Assembly (NCBI GenBank): GCA_965219415.1
Contig: OZ244742.1
Coordinates: forward strand, 32,001 to 96,000
Source: Candidatus Marinacidobacterales bacterium
GTDB taxonomy: Bacteria > Acidobacteriota > Vicinamibacteria > Marinacidobacterales > DATDRI01
Length of the DNA stretch: 64,000 bases
Direction of reading: 5' to 3'
The number at the start of each line of letters is the position of its first letter. Position 1 is the first letter of the stretch. Of the stretch, positions 1 through 11,425 are shown one piece after another. The notes under the pieces are model-generated. The model was not told the DNA's origin and made no database searches. It saw only the letters and a program-made list of their open reading frames with translations. Made by a program: the position numbers and the translations under genes.

Positions 1-423
1 TACCATCCCAATGGGACTCAATCATACCGGCGAACTTCTGGTACGGATGCAGGCGTTGCCATTTGAGGCTGTCTTTCCAACGGGTGAAAAAGGCGCGAGC
101 GCCGCGTTCGGTGCGGTAATCCCAGAGTTGCCCGAAGGCCTCCTTCAAAATATAGGCGGTGTTCAGGCGCCGGTTGGCCTGGAGCAACTTTTTGAGTGCG
201 CGGCGACCGTCTAGGCTCAGGTTCTCCCGCCGGGAAAGCAAAGTGTAACGCTGCCCCTTGATGTACGACCGGTCCTTGCCGCTGAGGCGTTTGTACTCAC
301 CGCGCCGGACCTCATCGAGGGCCTTTGACAGATGACGCATGATATGAAACTTGTCGAAGATGATCCGCGCATTAGGCGCGTTGTGAATCACCGAGTTCCG
401 GAAGGGCTTCCACATATCCACAT
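1..423 (-). mobile_element. ISL3-family transposase fragment (5'-truncated, runs off window)
   Basis: Not in ORF track; manual minus-strand translation DMWKPFRNSVIHNAPNARIIFDKFHIMRHLSKALDEVRR...LNTAYILKEAFGQLW matches ISL3 DDE motifs (DM..P..., IIFDKFH, AY.LKE). Confidence 0.85.
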
Positions 424-680
424 ACCCTCAGTCCATGGAGTTATTGCGCAACGCCGTGAAACGAAAGCTTCTGGCATGGCGATTCAGGGTTAGAACGGAA
501 GTCTATGTTGCACGACTTTGAAAACAAGTGGCGCGCAGATATCAGCGAACTACCAATGACGGTCAGGGATGAGAAGGATGAAATCATCACCCCTGGACGA
601 TGCTGAGAACGTCGAAGTCGGATTTCAGCGGGTTTAAGCCAGTACTTTGAGTAACTCCGTAGACAGCCTGGAAAAAGGCT

Positions 681-1336
681 TTGGCGTTCATGTCGACGCA
701 TGGAGTCGATGACGAGCGAATCTACGACATCCTGTGTCACGTAAACCAAGCCCACCTCCACCACGCGGCAGCGCGCTTCACTAGGGTCAGTGAAATGCCT
801 GCGCCGGGCGCGCCCAAAGGCGGTCCAGCGAGGTGGCGAGGGCGGAGGGACAATCTCAAGGGACGGTGTTTCGAGAGGATCCTAGGTGTCCTCTTGGAGG
901 GGTGCGAGACATTTTCCTCCTGGGCTCGAGTCCAATCCACAACGAACGAGCTGGACTGGCTCGTCACGCTCAGCCCGCGCGCCTCGTGGCTTCCAACCCT
1001 CCGACTGTGGGGGACCCACTTCTGTGCGAGTGCAAGTCCGAGAACGTTCACGTCAGAGTCGCCTGGGTTGATGCAATGGGCACCAAGATTCAGACACACG
1101 GTGCCCACGTCGGAGTGATCTTGAGCCAGAAAGGCGTGGGCCGAACGGGAAACCAACGGAGGGCGGCTGAGCAAATCCGCTTGCTATCCCTAGCGCCCCC
1201 GCCCAGAGTCGTTCTCTCGATTGACCAGCAGGACGTCAATTTTTGCATTGGCGGCGGCAACTTTCTTCAGCTTCTTTCGAACAGGTACGTCGAGGCGAAG
1301 GCCGGCGCGGACAAGTTCAGAATGCTTACCAAGTGA
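681..1336 (+). pseudogene. Mrr-like PD-(D/E)xK restriction endonuclease domain protein, 1-nt frameshift near 1022
   Basis: ORF 681 gives KGRCFE...STTNELDWLV...WGTHF; ORF 833 frame continues CECK...GVILSQKGV; joined they form the E...D...ExK restriction-endonuclease motif. Confidence 0.6.
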
Positions 1337-1547
1337 GACCTCAAGAAAGAATGTCGGTCGCACCCGACGGTTGAATACCGCGCCAGCCCAAGAGCTCAAG
1401 CCGATTCAGCTCCTTGACGCTCATTGTCAGGGTCCTCGCATCGTCCATGTCGGTCTCCAGGCTCGACAGGATGCCTTGAAACCCGACATTTGCATATTGC
1501 GCCTACAATCGTACGTCCGATAAGATGTATTATGTTAAATCCCAATT

Positions 1548-1892
1548 TCGCACGCGGGCTCGTGGCACCCGGAGCTCGCGAGTTCCCACCGACGTCGTCA
1601 CGCGACGGGTTTCGGCTCCGTTGCGATATCCACGGCGGTCTTCCGCACGCTCGTAGCTACAACACCCTAGCGCTTGGTCGACTTCTTCCTCAAGCACAAC
1701 CTCGATCGCCTCCAGTACCCGCTTACGCAGCCGAAGTTGGACGAACTCCCGGTACTCGCTTACAGACTCCTTCAATATGGTGGTAGGCTTCTTCATGGCG
1801 TAATCCTCCTCCTCGCCTTTACAGGCGTGGTTTCGTTTTGCTTAACCGGAGGTTTACGCCATTCTTATTTCCACGGGAAGCGGGACGGATCC
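1548..1892 (-). mobile_element. IS256-family element B, truncated copy (left TIR plus first ~83 codons)
   Basis: Near-identical to 61954-62298; left end GGATCCGTCCCGCTTCC(C)GTGGAAATAAGAATGG; GYRNG motif. Confidence 0.9.
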
Positions 1893-2389
1893 CGAGTACT
1901 GATGTCGGGAGAGTCACCGAAGAAACCCTGGGTGTTCGAGGAGCCTTCGAAGTTCGCCCACTGGTGGCGGTAGACGGCAAGCGACCATTTCTCGGAGGGA
2001 TAAACGAACGACAGGTAGGACAGGCCCGAAAGCGTTGTCCGAAGATTCGGAGACGGCGCAAGCCCGCCGTCTGATCGAGACCGATGCCGGATGGAAGATC
2101 AGATAGTCTCCCTCCCTACGGTAAAAGGTGTGGTGTAGCCCCAGAGTCTTCCCTTGACGGAAATCTCCGCTCGAACCAGCTGCTGCAAACCAGCGGGATT
2201 GGCGAAGGCCGCGGTGGCGTCGTCCGCGAGCGGGACGAAGGCACCACCCAGACCCAGACTGCGCGCGCCGGAGTTGGAGAAGCTGAATTGAAAAGTGGTG
2301 AGGCCGGCCTGGGCCCATGCTTCGCCGGCCACGAGAGCCAACGCTAAAAAGACCGTGGCGATTCTCGTGATGTCCAAAGCCCTAGGCAT
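1893..2389 (-). pseudogene. FadL/TodX-like outer-membrane beta-barrel protein, N-terminal part, cut by IS
   Basis: Signal peptide (AWA/Q) then FSFSNSGARSLGLGGAFVPLADDATAAFANPAGL, the FadL-family N-terminal hatch motif; frameshifted continuation SYLSFVYPSEKWSLAVYRHQ. Confidence 0.75.
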
Positions 2390-3960
2390 ATCTAGCGACT
2401 CTGTAGACCCTCGAGCGCTGAGCGGAGTACCTGAGTGTTCTGGTACCTCTTGGCGGGATCTTTTTCCAAGCAGCGTCTTCATCTCCATCCAGCAAGACGT
2501 TCTGCGGCTTGATGTCCCGATGGAGCACCTTGTGCGCATGCGCCGCCTCCAAAGCGGCGGCCAGTTTCGCACCGATCGCCGCACACCTTGCCTCGGCGAG
2601 CGACGCCTCTGCGCTTATCAAACTCCCGAGCGTTTGACCATCGACCCACTGCATCGTCAGGTATTTCTTGCCTCCGAACTCCCCGGGATGATACATCCGG
2701 AGGACGTTCGGATGGCCGATGTCTCGGGACAAAATGATTTCTTTGCGGAAACGCTCTAGCACTGCCTCGTTCCTGGCGAACTTCGAGCGTAGCACCTTGA
2801 TGGCGATCTTCACTTGCAGCAGCTTGTCGTAGGCCTTGTAGACGATCCCGGTCGCGCCTTCCCCAGCTTGCTCTAACAGTTGGTAACGACTGTCGAGGAC
2901 TCCCAGTCCCAGATCGTGCCCAAGAGTCGTATCCTCGGTCGAGATTCCCGCCGGCGGTGAGTCCGCCGAAGATTGCTCCATACTCGCCAAATCCTTCATC
3001 CACCGCCGAAAGAAATAATTCACCAAGATGTAGCGGCGCTCCACGTTGCGGCGGATGAATCCCAGTTGCTCGAGACGATTGAGGCTGTCCCGGAGGGCTC
3101 CCACGGTAATGCTAAGGCTTTCCTGAATAGAGTCGCTCGCCGCCGCGGATTGGTCGGCGATGATCCGGACGATATCGCGCTCGCTCTCGGACAACATCTC
3201 GAAATCAACGGAAAAGAAGTAGCTGACCATTCGATCGGTGGCTACGTGCTCGAGAGCTTCTTCGAGATCTGTCAACTCCAAGTACCGTTTGCAGACCAGC
3301 TGAATGAGGTAAGGGTGGTTATCACAACGCGCGCGAATGGTCTCCACCGTCTCATCGTCGAAATTCGACCGAGACGCTCGGGAGAGGTTGGTTTGTCGGA
3401 TCAGCGAGCGTGCCTCGTCATCGGACAGTGTCTGGATATATAGAGGCGGAGTGAACCCGTGGAGGAATGGGGAGGTGTCTCCTTTTTGCTCGGCGAGAGC
3501 CCACAACCGAATCGTGGAGGCGAATACGGAGCGAATCCCCTCGCGCGACTGCATCTCCCGCCGAAGCTTACGCAAGAGAGACGGCTCCTTCTGGTTGAGC
3601 CGGATGAGCTCCTCCACCTCGTCGCAGAGCAAAGAGAAGCTGCAAATCCCGCGAGCGCAGCTGGCGTCGAAGGCGCCCCAAGGACACGAACAAATCGTCG
3701 GCCTCGATTTCCGCTAGCGACACGCCTATTTGCTCCAGGCGCTCTTCGGCATCGAGCAGTCCGTCGGCGAAATCTGCGTGCAGCTCATCGGGGTTCCTCG
3801 GAACCCTGCAGATCCCAGAAGATGGGGAAATAACCGCGCTCCGGATCGGATGCGGTCACATACTCGACCTGCTTCAGAAGCGAGGTCTTCCCGATCCGCC
3901 GGGTGCCCAACAGGGCAAAGGCAATTACGCGGCCCATCTAGAATTTCGCCGATCTGTGCT
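2382..3960 (-). pseudogene. STAND-like AAA ATPase + winged HTH + Ser/Thr protein kinase (kinase truncated after catalytic loop)
   Basis: Walker A GTRRIGKTSLL (~3880-3910), Walker B LLCDEVE, HPYLIQL; kinase GEGATGIVY, AIK, HRDIKPQN; no DFG/APE afterwards. Confidence 0.8.
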
Positions 3961-6009
3961 ACCCGCTCCCACTGCTTCTTTATCTCGACCCCCGAGACCA
4001 CGGAGACGAGATTCTCGGCGAAACTCTTCATGAAGAGGCTTCTCAGTTTCTGATTGATCTTGGGGTCGTACTCGTTGAGCTCCATCGACCTCATCGATCA
4101 GAAGGACGAGCTTGACTTGTTTGGAGCTTTTCTCCTTGAGCATCTGGGAACGCTCGAGCCGGGGAAGTGGGCCGATTTAGTCATCCTCACGGACGACGGG
4201 GTAGAAGTCGAACTGAGGATCCTCGAGGCCCTCCAGCCGCTTCTTGAGCTGGTGTTGAATGGAAGTCTTCCCGATGCGCCTCTCACCGTAGAGGAGGAGA
4301 CTATTGTTGTGGATCGTTTGCAAGATCCGATCGATCAACCTCGTTCGACCGAAGAATAACTTCTCGTCGAGTACCGGCGCTCCCGCCACGTAAGGGTTGA
4401 AGCGGCGCTTGAGGAGTCGCTCGCGTCTTCGTACGCGTTGTCCGTAGAGAGGACCCCACCCAGACCAACCAGAAAACGCGCTCAGGGCCAAGTAGAACCA
4501 CCACGCGCGGTAAAAGTACCGCTGGTAGTCGACTATGTACTCGCTGCTCGACTTCAGGTTCTCCGCGTCGGTCGCTACCAGTCTGAAGGTCGAGAGACCC
4601 AATGGCAGCCGCTCGTCCAAGGTGAACTCGGTTGATGTAGTAGTCGCCCAGTGGCTGACTGCTACTCGCTCCTTGAACCTCACGATTCTCGCGATCGTAG
4701 AACGTGATCTCGACCGGGGAGTCGTCGATGATGACGCCACTCAGGCGGAAGTCCGCATGCGCGACTAGCTGGATGAGAGATCCGTCTTCCGCCTCTTCTC
4801 TGAAGTCGGCGAAACGAATGGCAGGTGGAATGTTACCTCCCGCCCCGGTTCCGAGAAGTCTCTGGCTGATCTCCCGGTAGGCTCTGGCCAGCAACCCGAG
4901 GGCGGTCGAGTTACCGGCGTCGAGAGCAAGCACGCGATTGGCCATGGAGAGAGCTTTCTCGAAACGACCGGCCCCGAAATCGGAATCCGCCTGCGCCAAC
5001 ATGGTCTCGAGCGACTCGCTCCGGGCTCTCGCCTGCTCGGCCCGTGCCCGGGCCTCGAGCAGCCGGTCCTGTAGTCTGACGGCTTGGTGGTTCGACGGAT
5101 CCAAGGCGACGACGGTCTGGAGTCGAGCTAGCGCGCCCTCGAGGTTTCCTTGTGCTTCCAACGCTGCGACTTCCTTCAAGCCATCCACAACGAGGACACC
5201 GCGCCTACGAGTGTCCTCCCTACCTTTCGATCTCAAGAAGGAGTCTCGCCTGGGCATTGCCTAATAGCGACTCGAGCTCCGGGCTCGGCTTCAGGGAGTC
5301 GGCCTGCTTCAAAACGCTCAGGGCTTCGCTGTACTGTCCGGAGTCGAGGAGCGTCCGACCGGCTCGACCAACCGAGCCACCCGCGCTTCGCGTTCACGCT
5401 CCTCCTGCTGCCGGGCGACTCTTTTCCGCAACCTCTCCAAAACTTCCAACGCCTCGAGGTCCTCCGGGGCCACCGCCAATCCCCGACCAAGCGCGCTCAT
5501 CGCCTCGTCCAACCGGTCCCCCGCCTCTAAACTTCTCGCCTCCTCGAGACTCTCGATGACGATCTGCCGAACGCGCTCGCCCTCCTGGGCGAGGCGATCC
5601 TTACGTCCCTCCTCGGCCAGGCCGCGGAACGCCTGGAGCTCGTCGAGCGCGCTCTTGGACTGCGTGACGGCTCCGAGCCTTTCTTCGGTTTCGAACGCTT
5701 GGAGAGCGGCGTCGAACTGCCCGAGCTCGTAATAGGCGATGCCGAGCTTGAGGTAAGGAAAGTACGAGATGATCTTCATCCCGTAGCTGCGCACGCGGGC
5801 GCCGGAATCCCCCTTTCTTTCTAGGGCCTCGTTGATCTGCTCTATCGCTTCCGCCCAGTTCTGGGCTTCGAGCGCCCTCTCCGCTTTTTCGTAATGCTCA
5901 TACCAAGGATCCGCCGAGGCGAGTTTCGTCGAGCCCATCGCTACTACCATCAGAACGAGGATGGCGGCGACCGGTGGGCGGGCAACTCGGGGGATAGCGA
6001 AGTGGTCAT
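3960..6009 (-). pseudogene. Signal peptide + TPR + beta-rich domain + TM helix + cytoplasmic STAND-like ATPase (multiple frameshifts and deletions)
   Basis: ORFs 5318-5950, 4301-5257, 4177-4740, 3925-4143 and 3726-4094 join: TPR helices (YFPYLKLGIAYY), TM WWFYLAL then RRRERLLKRR, NPYVAGAPV..FFGR..GERRIGKTS, LLIDEVD; ATG overlaps upstream TGA (ATGA at 6006-6009). Confidence 0.75.
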
Positions 6010-7692
6010 GAATCGTCGCTCTCGGCCGGCCACTTCGACGGGAGGCTCACAACGAAGGCCGTCCCCTTACCCGGCTCACTGGAGACGCGGATCTCGCCGC
6101 CTTGCTCTTGAACGACTTGCCTAGCCGTGAAAAGACTCCAGTTCCCAGCCGATATGCGGCCCTCGGCTATCTGAAAGCCCCGGATCGAAAAGACGCGCCA
6201 GTTCCTCGGGCGGCATCCCACGACCGTTGTGCCGGAGCCGAATCTCCACGATGTCTCCGTGGGTGTGAGTGGAGATCTCGATCTTCCCGCAATCCGAATC
6301 TTGCTGGCAGGCCTTCCATCGCATAGCGAAGCAAACCAGGAGAAGGCGGTGCTCAACGACTGTCGGTGGCAGAGCACCGGGCGAAGTTCTTCCAAAGCAA
6401 GAAGAACCTCCACCGATGGTGCGTCCATGAGGGCGACGACGTCCGAGAGCAGCTCGTTCAAGTCAACCGCCTGCGTCTCCGAACGATCCAGGTTCGTGAA
6501 GCGTTGGATGCGCGAGATGACTTGCTCCATCCGCTCGAGGGATTGATCCAAAGACTTCCGCAGATCGGCCTGCACCGCTTCCAAGCGACTTCTGCTCCTC
6601 AGGCGGCGCGCGCGGATCCTTTCTTTGCAGCCGCAAGCACCAGTGTATCCACGGCGCTCTTGAGGGCCCCCGAGCGGAGTGTTGAACTCGTGGCTCAGGG
6701 CGGCCGCCAAGCGGCCAAGACTTCGCCACGTTCTCGGCGATCAACACCCAGCGCTGCATTTCCCACCGCTCGCGCTCGATCCGTTCGCGCTCGATCCGTA
6801 TCCCGGCCACATTGGCCATGGCGGTCAAGAGGCTCAGATCGTCGCCGGTGAACTTTCGCCGCTGGTCCAAAGAGTCGAGATACATCAGACCGATGACACG
6901 ATCTTCGGTTTGAAGCGGAACCGCGATCAGGGAATGCACGCCTTGATCCACGATCGTTTGGCTGCCTTGTAGCAATTGGTTCCTGGAGCACGTCACTGAC
7001 CAAGAGCGACGTCTTTTCCTTCAGAACCTTGTCCCGCACGCTGGTACTGATCCGAAGCTCTGCGCCACGGGACGCTTGTACGACGAGCCGATCTCCCTCA
7101 TCGAGCGTCAGCAAGACTCCACGCTCGGCGCTCACCGCTTCCAAGGAGAGATCGAGGGTAATGCGGAAAAGCTCCGGCAGGGGCCGCCGGACCGCTAACT
7201 CGCGACCGGCCCGCACGAACGCCCACAGTGCGCTGACCTGGGGCCCGGTCGCAACCGCGGGAGCGACCCGGGTGTCCGATCGTCCCGAGGACAGAATTTC
7301 CTCTAGGGAAGTGCTCTTCGGCGCTCAACTGCTCCCGCGCGTCGGACGGCGGCTCGAATCTCACATGACGAGTGCCTGTGCTTGGCGCGGAAAATGTCAT
7401 CGCCACACAGCTCGCGGTGATGCGATCACCCGGCTCGAGGCAGTGTCTGCTTTTCACCAGGACTCCGTTCACCAACGTTGCCGTTCTTGCTGGCAAGATT
7501 CCTTACGAACCACCGGTCGTCCTCCTTTTCGAGGACCAAATGCCGGCGGGATAGTCCGTCATCTTCGGGAAAGGATAGAGTGTTCGTGGCGGACCTACCG
7601 AGAGAGACTCGATTGCCTTGGAGACGCACCGATCGACTCCGGCCGGCGGGGTCGATGACGAGAATCTCCGGGACGGGTTGAGAGGCATTCAT
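6006..7692 (-). pseudogene. FHA + GAF + histidine kinase (HisKA/HATPase_c), frameshifted
   Basis: FHA GRS...SRRH...SKNGTLVNG; GAF SLIAVPLQTEDRVIGLMYLD...FTGDDLSLL; H-box AALSHEFNTPLG; C-terminal GGEIRVSSEPGKGTAFVVSLP. Confidence 0.8.
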
Positions 7693-7891
7693 CGCGCTGT
7701 AATCCGAAAAGGAGGCTCGCGCGTGCATTATAGAGCATCACCACCAGAGGGCGGGACTCGCTCAGGCTCCATACTCTACGGAGACGTCTGAGGCAGAATG
7801 CTCGGCTCGCACCCGGCCTCGGGTCAGTGACACCGCTCCCCAGTTTCACACGATCAGTCGAAGACCTGCCATAATCGGGATCCCGAACGAC

Positions 7892-8027
7892 TCAACTATA
7901 CACATCCTTCCGATCGCCGACCTTCAAGTCAATGATGACCAGCCTTTTGCCGGAGACGCTATAGAGCACTCGATAGCGACCGATTCGAATCCGAAAGACG
8001 TCGTCGTACCCCGTGAGTCTCCGGGAA
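7892..8027 (-). pseudogene. RelE/ParE-family toxin C-terminal remnant
   Basis: Manual translation RRLTGYDDVFRIRIGRYRVLYSVSGKRLVIIDLKVGDRKDVYS* fits the RelE RIRVGDYRVLY...VGHRKDVY pattern; no N-terminus or antitoxin visible. Confidence 0.75.
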
Positions 8028-8186
8028 CAAGAAGCACTTTGGAAGGATCGACTGGCTCAAGGTAGTAGAACCCCGAGGAGGAGCTCTAACGCACGCCAAA
8101 ATAGGCAAGCGACTCCGTGTCGCCTGCTTCCCTCTTCTTTCTACCGTGAAGACAACTTCTTCTGCGCGGTGTGGAGATTTCCTCTT

Positions 8187-8215
8187 TTGACAAACGGTGC
8201 TAGGCATCACAGAAT
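8187..8215 (+). promoter_or_regulatory. sigma70-type promoter upstream of CHRD gene
   Basis: TTGACA-17 nt-CAGAAT. Confidence 0.5.
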
Positions 8216-8288
8216 GTCCCGCCCTTTCGGGTAAACATCCAACGCTCCTCTCGCCGATCGCTCAGTCATAACAGCAGGAGTTTGAGCG

Positions 8289-8852
8289 ATGACCAAGAAA
8301 ACGTTCGCAACGCTGATCCCCATTCTGTTTCTCGGCGCCCTTCTAGCGCTCTCCAACACCGGTTATTCAAGCGATGACGATAGCAGCGACGGCTCCCACG
8401 ATAGCGATAGCAGTGACAAGAAGGACCCCCGTTTGAGCTTCGCGGCCAAGGCAACGGGGGCCCAGGAGGTCGGCGCCGTCATGACCGATGGCACCGGCCG
8501 GGTCGAGGCCCGTTTCGATGCGGGCTTCACGCGAGTGAGCGTCCGGTTGCGGGTTGGCGGCCTGTCCGGTGACGTCGTCGCCGCTCATTTTCATTGCGCG
8601 CGCCCGGGAGTGAATGGCCCGGTAGCCTTCGGCTTCATCAACCCTGGGCCTTGTGTTCTCAACGATGGGAGGTTGAGCTGCACCTTCGGGAACGAAAACT
8701 TCACCGGTGCGGACTGCGAGCCGACCGCTGGTCGACCGGTGAGCAACATTGCAGCTCTCGCGCTCGCGATGCGGGATGGTCTGATCTACACCAACGTCCA
8801 CACGATGAACAATCCGGGTGGAGAGGTCCGAGGGCAAATGCTGGAGAAATGA
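8289..8852 (+). CDS. Secreted CHRD domain protein
   Basis: Signal peptide; GAQEV, AAHFHCARPGVNGPVAF, YTNVHTMNNPGGEVRGQ; AGGAG RBS. Confidence 0.9.
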   Translation: MTKKTFATLIPILFLGALLALSNTGYSSDDDSSDGSHDSDSSDKKDPRLSFAAKATGAQEVGAVMTDGTGRVEARFDAGFTRVSVRLRVGGLSGDVVAAHFHCARPGVNGPVAFGFINPGPCVLNDGRLSCTFGNENFTGADCEPTAGRPVSNIAALALAMRDGLIYTNVHTMNNPGGEVRGQMLEK

Positions 8853-8900
8853 TTGCGAGATCGTAGATTCTCGTGGGGTCGAGCCCTTTTCGAGTCCTCG

Positions 8901-9428
8901 CTATTTTCGCTTCGACACGTAGCGCTCGACGACTGTCTTTAGTGTCGCGCTTCGAAGGCCGTACTCTACCGCTTCTTTCATGGCTTCTTCTTCGGACGCA
9001 TCTCCGAAGAGCGCCCGGTAGATGTACCACATGCCTCCGACCCGATTGGAGCTTCCGCAATGCATAAGGACCGGCGCGGCGTCCGGGTCTCCGAGTAGGT
9101 CCGCGAGCTGGCCGACCTTTTCCTCAGTAATTGAAAACGTCGTGATGGGGATATTGACGTAGGTCATACCGAGCTCTTCAACGACCTTCTTCTCATCGAA
9201 GCTCATCTCGTCGGCTGGCCGAAGGTTGATGACGGTCTTGAAGCCGGCCTCCTTGAGCTTCTGAAAGTTGTCCTCGGAAGGCTGCCCGGCGTAAACGATC
9301 TTCCCATCTGCCGAGCGCGTGTAGTTGGGAATAGCCTTCGCCAGCGGCTCGGCGGCTTCGGTTTGCGCGTGGGCTCCCGAGGTTGCCAAGAGACCGGCAA
9401 GAAGAAAAAGAACAAAGCGTTGTTTCAT
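8901..9428 (-). CDS. Secreted DUF442/BLH phosphatase-like (Cys-based PTP fold) protein
   Basis: AGQPS...GFKTVINLRP...HCGSSNRVG (HCx5R). Confidence 0.85.
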   Translation of the reverse strand: MKQRFVLFLLAGLLATSGAHAQTEAAEPLAKAIPNYTRSADGKIVYAGQPSEDNFQKLKEAGFKTVINLRPADEMSFDEKKVVEELGMTYVNIPITTFSITEEKVGQLADLLGDPDAAPVLMHCGSSNRVGGMWYIYRALFGDASEEEAMKEAVEYGLRSATLKTVVERYVSKRK

Positions 9429-9443
9429 TTGGGAGAGTCTCTC

Positions 9444-10364
9444 CTATTCGTCGGCAAGCCGCTTCGTGGCCGCCTCGACATTCTTGTGAAAAACGAACAA
9501 CACGTCGGCGTCTCCACTCTTTTCGGTGAAGTTATATTTCCTTCCGCCACGCACTTTGATCTGAAGGTTCTTGTCGATGAAATCGACCTCGAATTTCTCG
9601 AGCGAAGAGAACGGGACTGAAAAGCCGTCCTTCTTATTGGTCGTTTCGTAGGTGATGCCGTCAGGAGTCGCGGTGAGCGTGCCCTCGCAAGAGCCGAAGC
9701 TGTGTTTGTGAACCAACTTGGCCGTCTCTCGGAGCCTCACCTCTTTGAAACGGACGTAGAGGTCACGGCTTCCCGTGCTCATTTCGACCTTTTCCGAGTG
9801 GATGTCGTATCCGTCTGCGGAGACGGTTAAGCCGTAGGTTCCGGGGCTCACGTCGGTGATGGTAACGGGAGTCGTTCCAATATACTTGCGATCCAAAAAG
9901 ACCGTTGCCCCGGGAACGTCACTCTCGACTCTCAGGCGCACGGGCTCGAGGGCGAGCATCGCATTGACCTTCGCTTCTCTCCCCCGCGACACTGCGACCA
10001 TCTTGTCGAAGGTTTGGTAGCCGTCCTTGGCGACACGGATTTCGTAGGCGCCGGGCTCGACGCCCTCGATACGATAAGGTGCCTTCCCCACCGCCTTTCC
10101 ATCCAAATAAACGGTTGCTTCTTCGACGTTCGCAGTAACGGACAACGAGCCGCTCGACGGGCCCGCCTTGCGCTCGGCTGTTGGCGGGGATGGCGCGGGT
10201 TTCGTTGGCGCCTTTTCAGGCTTCGTCGCTTCCTTGGGAGGAGCTTCGGGACGGCTTAGGTACCAGTATCCGGCACCCGCGAGGAGCGCGAGGCCGACGA
10301 CAACCGCTGCCGCATACTTACGACGAGAGGTTTGGTGCTCTTGATTTTCGTCCAGCAGCCGCAC
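9444..10364 (-). CDS. Membrane-anchored PEGA domain protein
   Basis: N-terminal TM; two PEGA repeats (ATVYLDGKAVGKAP...G.YEIRVAKDGY; ATVFLDRKYIGTTP). Confidence 0.85.
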   Translation of the reverse strand: MRLLDENQEHQTSRRKYAAAVVVGLALLAGAGYWYLSRPEAPPKEATKPEKAPTKPAPSPPTAERKAGPSSGSLSVTANVEEATVYLDGKAVGKAPYRIEGVEPGAYEIRVAKDGYQTFDKMVAVSRGREAKVNAMLALEPVRLRVESDVPGATVFLDRKYIGTTPVTITDVSPGTYGLTVSADGYDIHSEKVEMSTGSRDLYVRFKEVRLRETAKLVHKHSFGSCEGTLTATPDGITYETTNKKDGFSVPFSSLEKFEVDFIDKNLQIKVRGGRKYNFTEKSGDADVLFVFHKNVEAATKRLADE

Positions 10365-10388
10365 GTTCGATATTCTAGCACGACGGTT

Positions 10389-11425
10389 TCATGGCGCCGG
10401 CGCGAAGTAGGCCTCTAAGGAAGTCCGACGAGCGCGACGGCGAGCGCAAGCACCCGGCGGATACCGCGCTCCCAAGTCGGTGGGGTCGAATGCTTCGGCA
10501 GGGGCGTGCGCGTCGGCGCCTTCCCCACCGCCGCCGATGGTGATGGCGGGAATTCCCAGGCTAATCGGCAGGTTGGAATCGGTGCTGCTTCGAACCAACC
10601 TCGCTTCTTCAATTTCAACGACCCGGCGGGTCACCTCGACCGCGGTTTTGACGATGGGGGCGTCGACCGGAATTTCGCCCGAAGGCCTGTCGCCCACCAA
10701 CTCCTTTTCCGCTCGGAGGGGGCCGGTTAGTGAACGGACCTCGTTCTCTCGGGCAACGCCTTCGTCGACGAAGCGGAGAAACGTCTCCTCCGTCTCCTTT
10801 AAGATACCGACGTCCTCCCCACGCAGACCGATTTCCATCCAGACTTCGGTGGGGATTGAGTTAATGGACGTCCCTCCCCCAACCACGCCGACGTTGTAGC
10901 TTTGTTTCGGTTTTTCGGAGACTTCGAGCTCGGCTAGCTTTGCGAGCGTTCGGGCCATTGCGAAACCGGGATTCGGCGTTCCGAATGCGCCCCAGCTATG
11001 CCCGCCCGGTCCGCGATAGGTGATGCGGTAGCGCTTGCTCCCCAGGGCCTCGTGGATGATGTCGTCGTCGCTGGTGCCGTCGACCGAGACAAACATGTCG
11101 ATGCGTTCGCGAAGAGGACTCTTCAAGAAGAGATGTTTCACCCCGCGAAGGTCACCCCTCCCCTCCTCCCCCACCGATCCCATGAAAATCAGAGTCCCGG
11201 CAGTCTCGACGTTGGCTTCTTCCAATGCCTTGAGAACCGTCAGTATCGTGACCAGCCCTACCGTGTTATCTCCGATGCCCGGTGCGAACAGCCACTCCCC
11301 TTCCCGTTTGACGCTAGTGACGCTTCCGCGTGGAAAGACGGTGTCCAAGTGAGCAGATAGAACCACGGTTGGACCATCTCCGTGGCCAGGCCGTTCGCCG
11401 TAGACATTTCCCGCCTCATCCTTCC
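10389..11425 (-). pseudogene. M20/M25/M40 family metallopeptidase, N-terminus lost
   Basis: SAHLDTV, PGIGDN, GEEG, GPGGHS, SSTDSN, AHAPAE motifs; abuts V4R gene at a deletion junction ~11425. Confidence 0.8.

Noticed and set aside
441-764. 107-aa minus-strand ORF
   Set aside because: No recognisable motif; overlaps the Mrr-like gene on the other strand.
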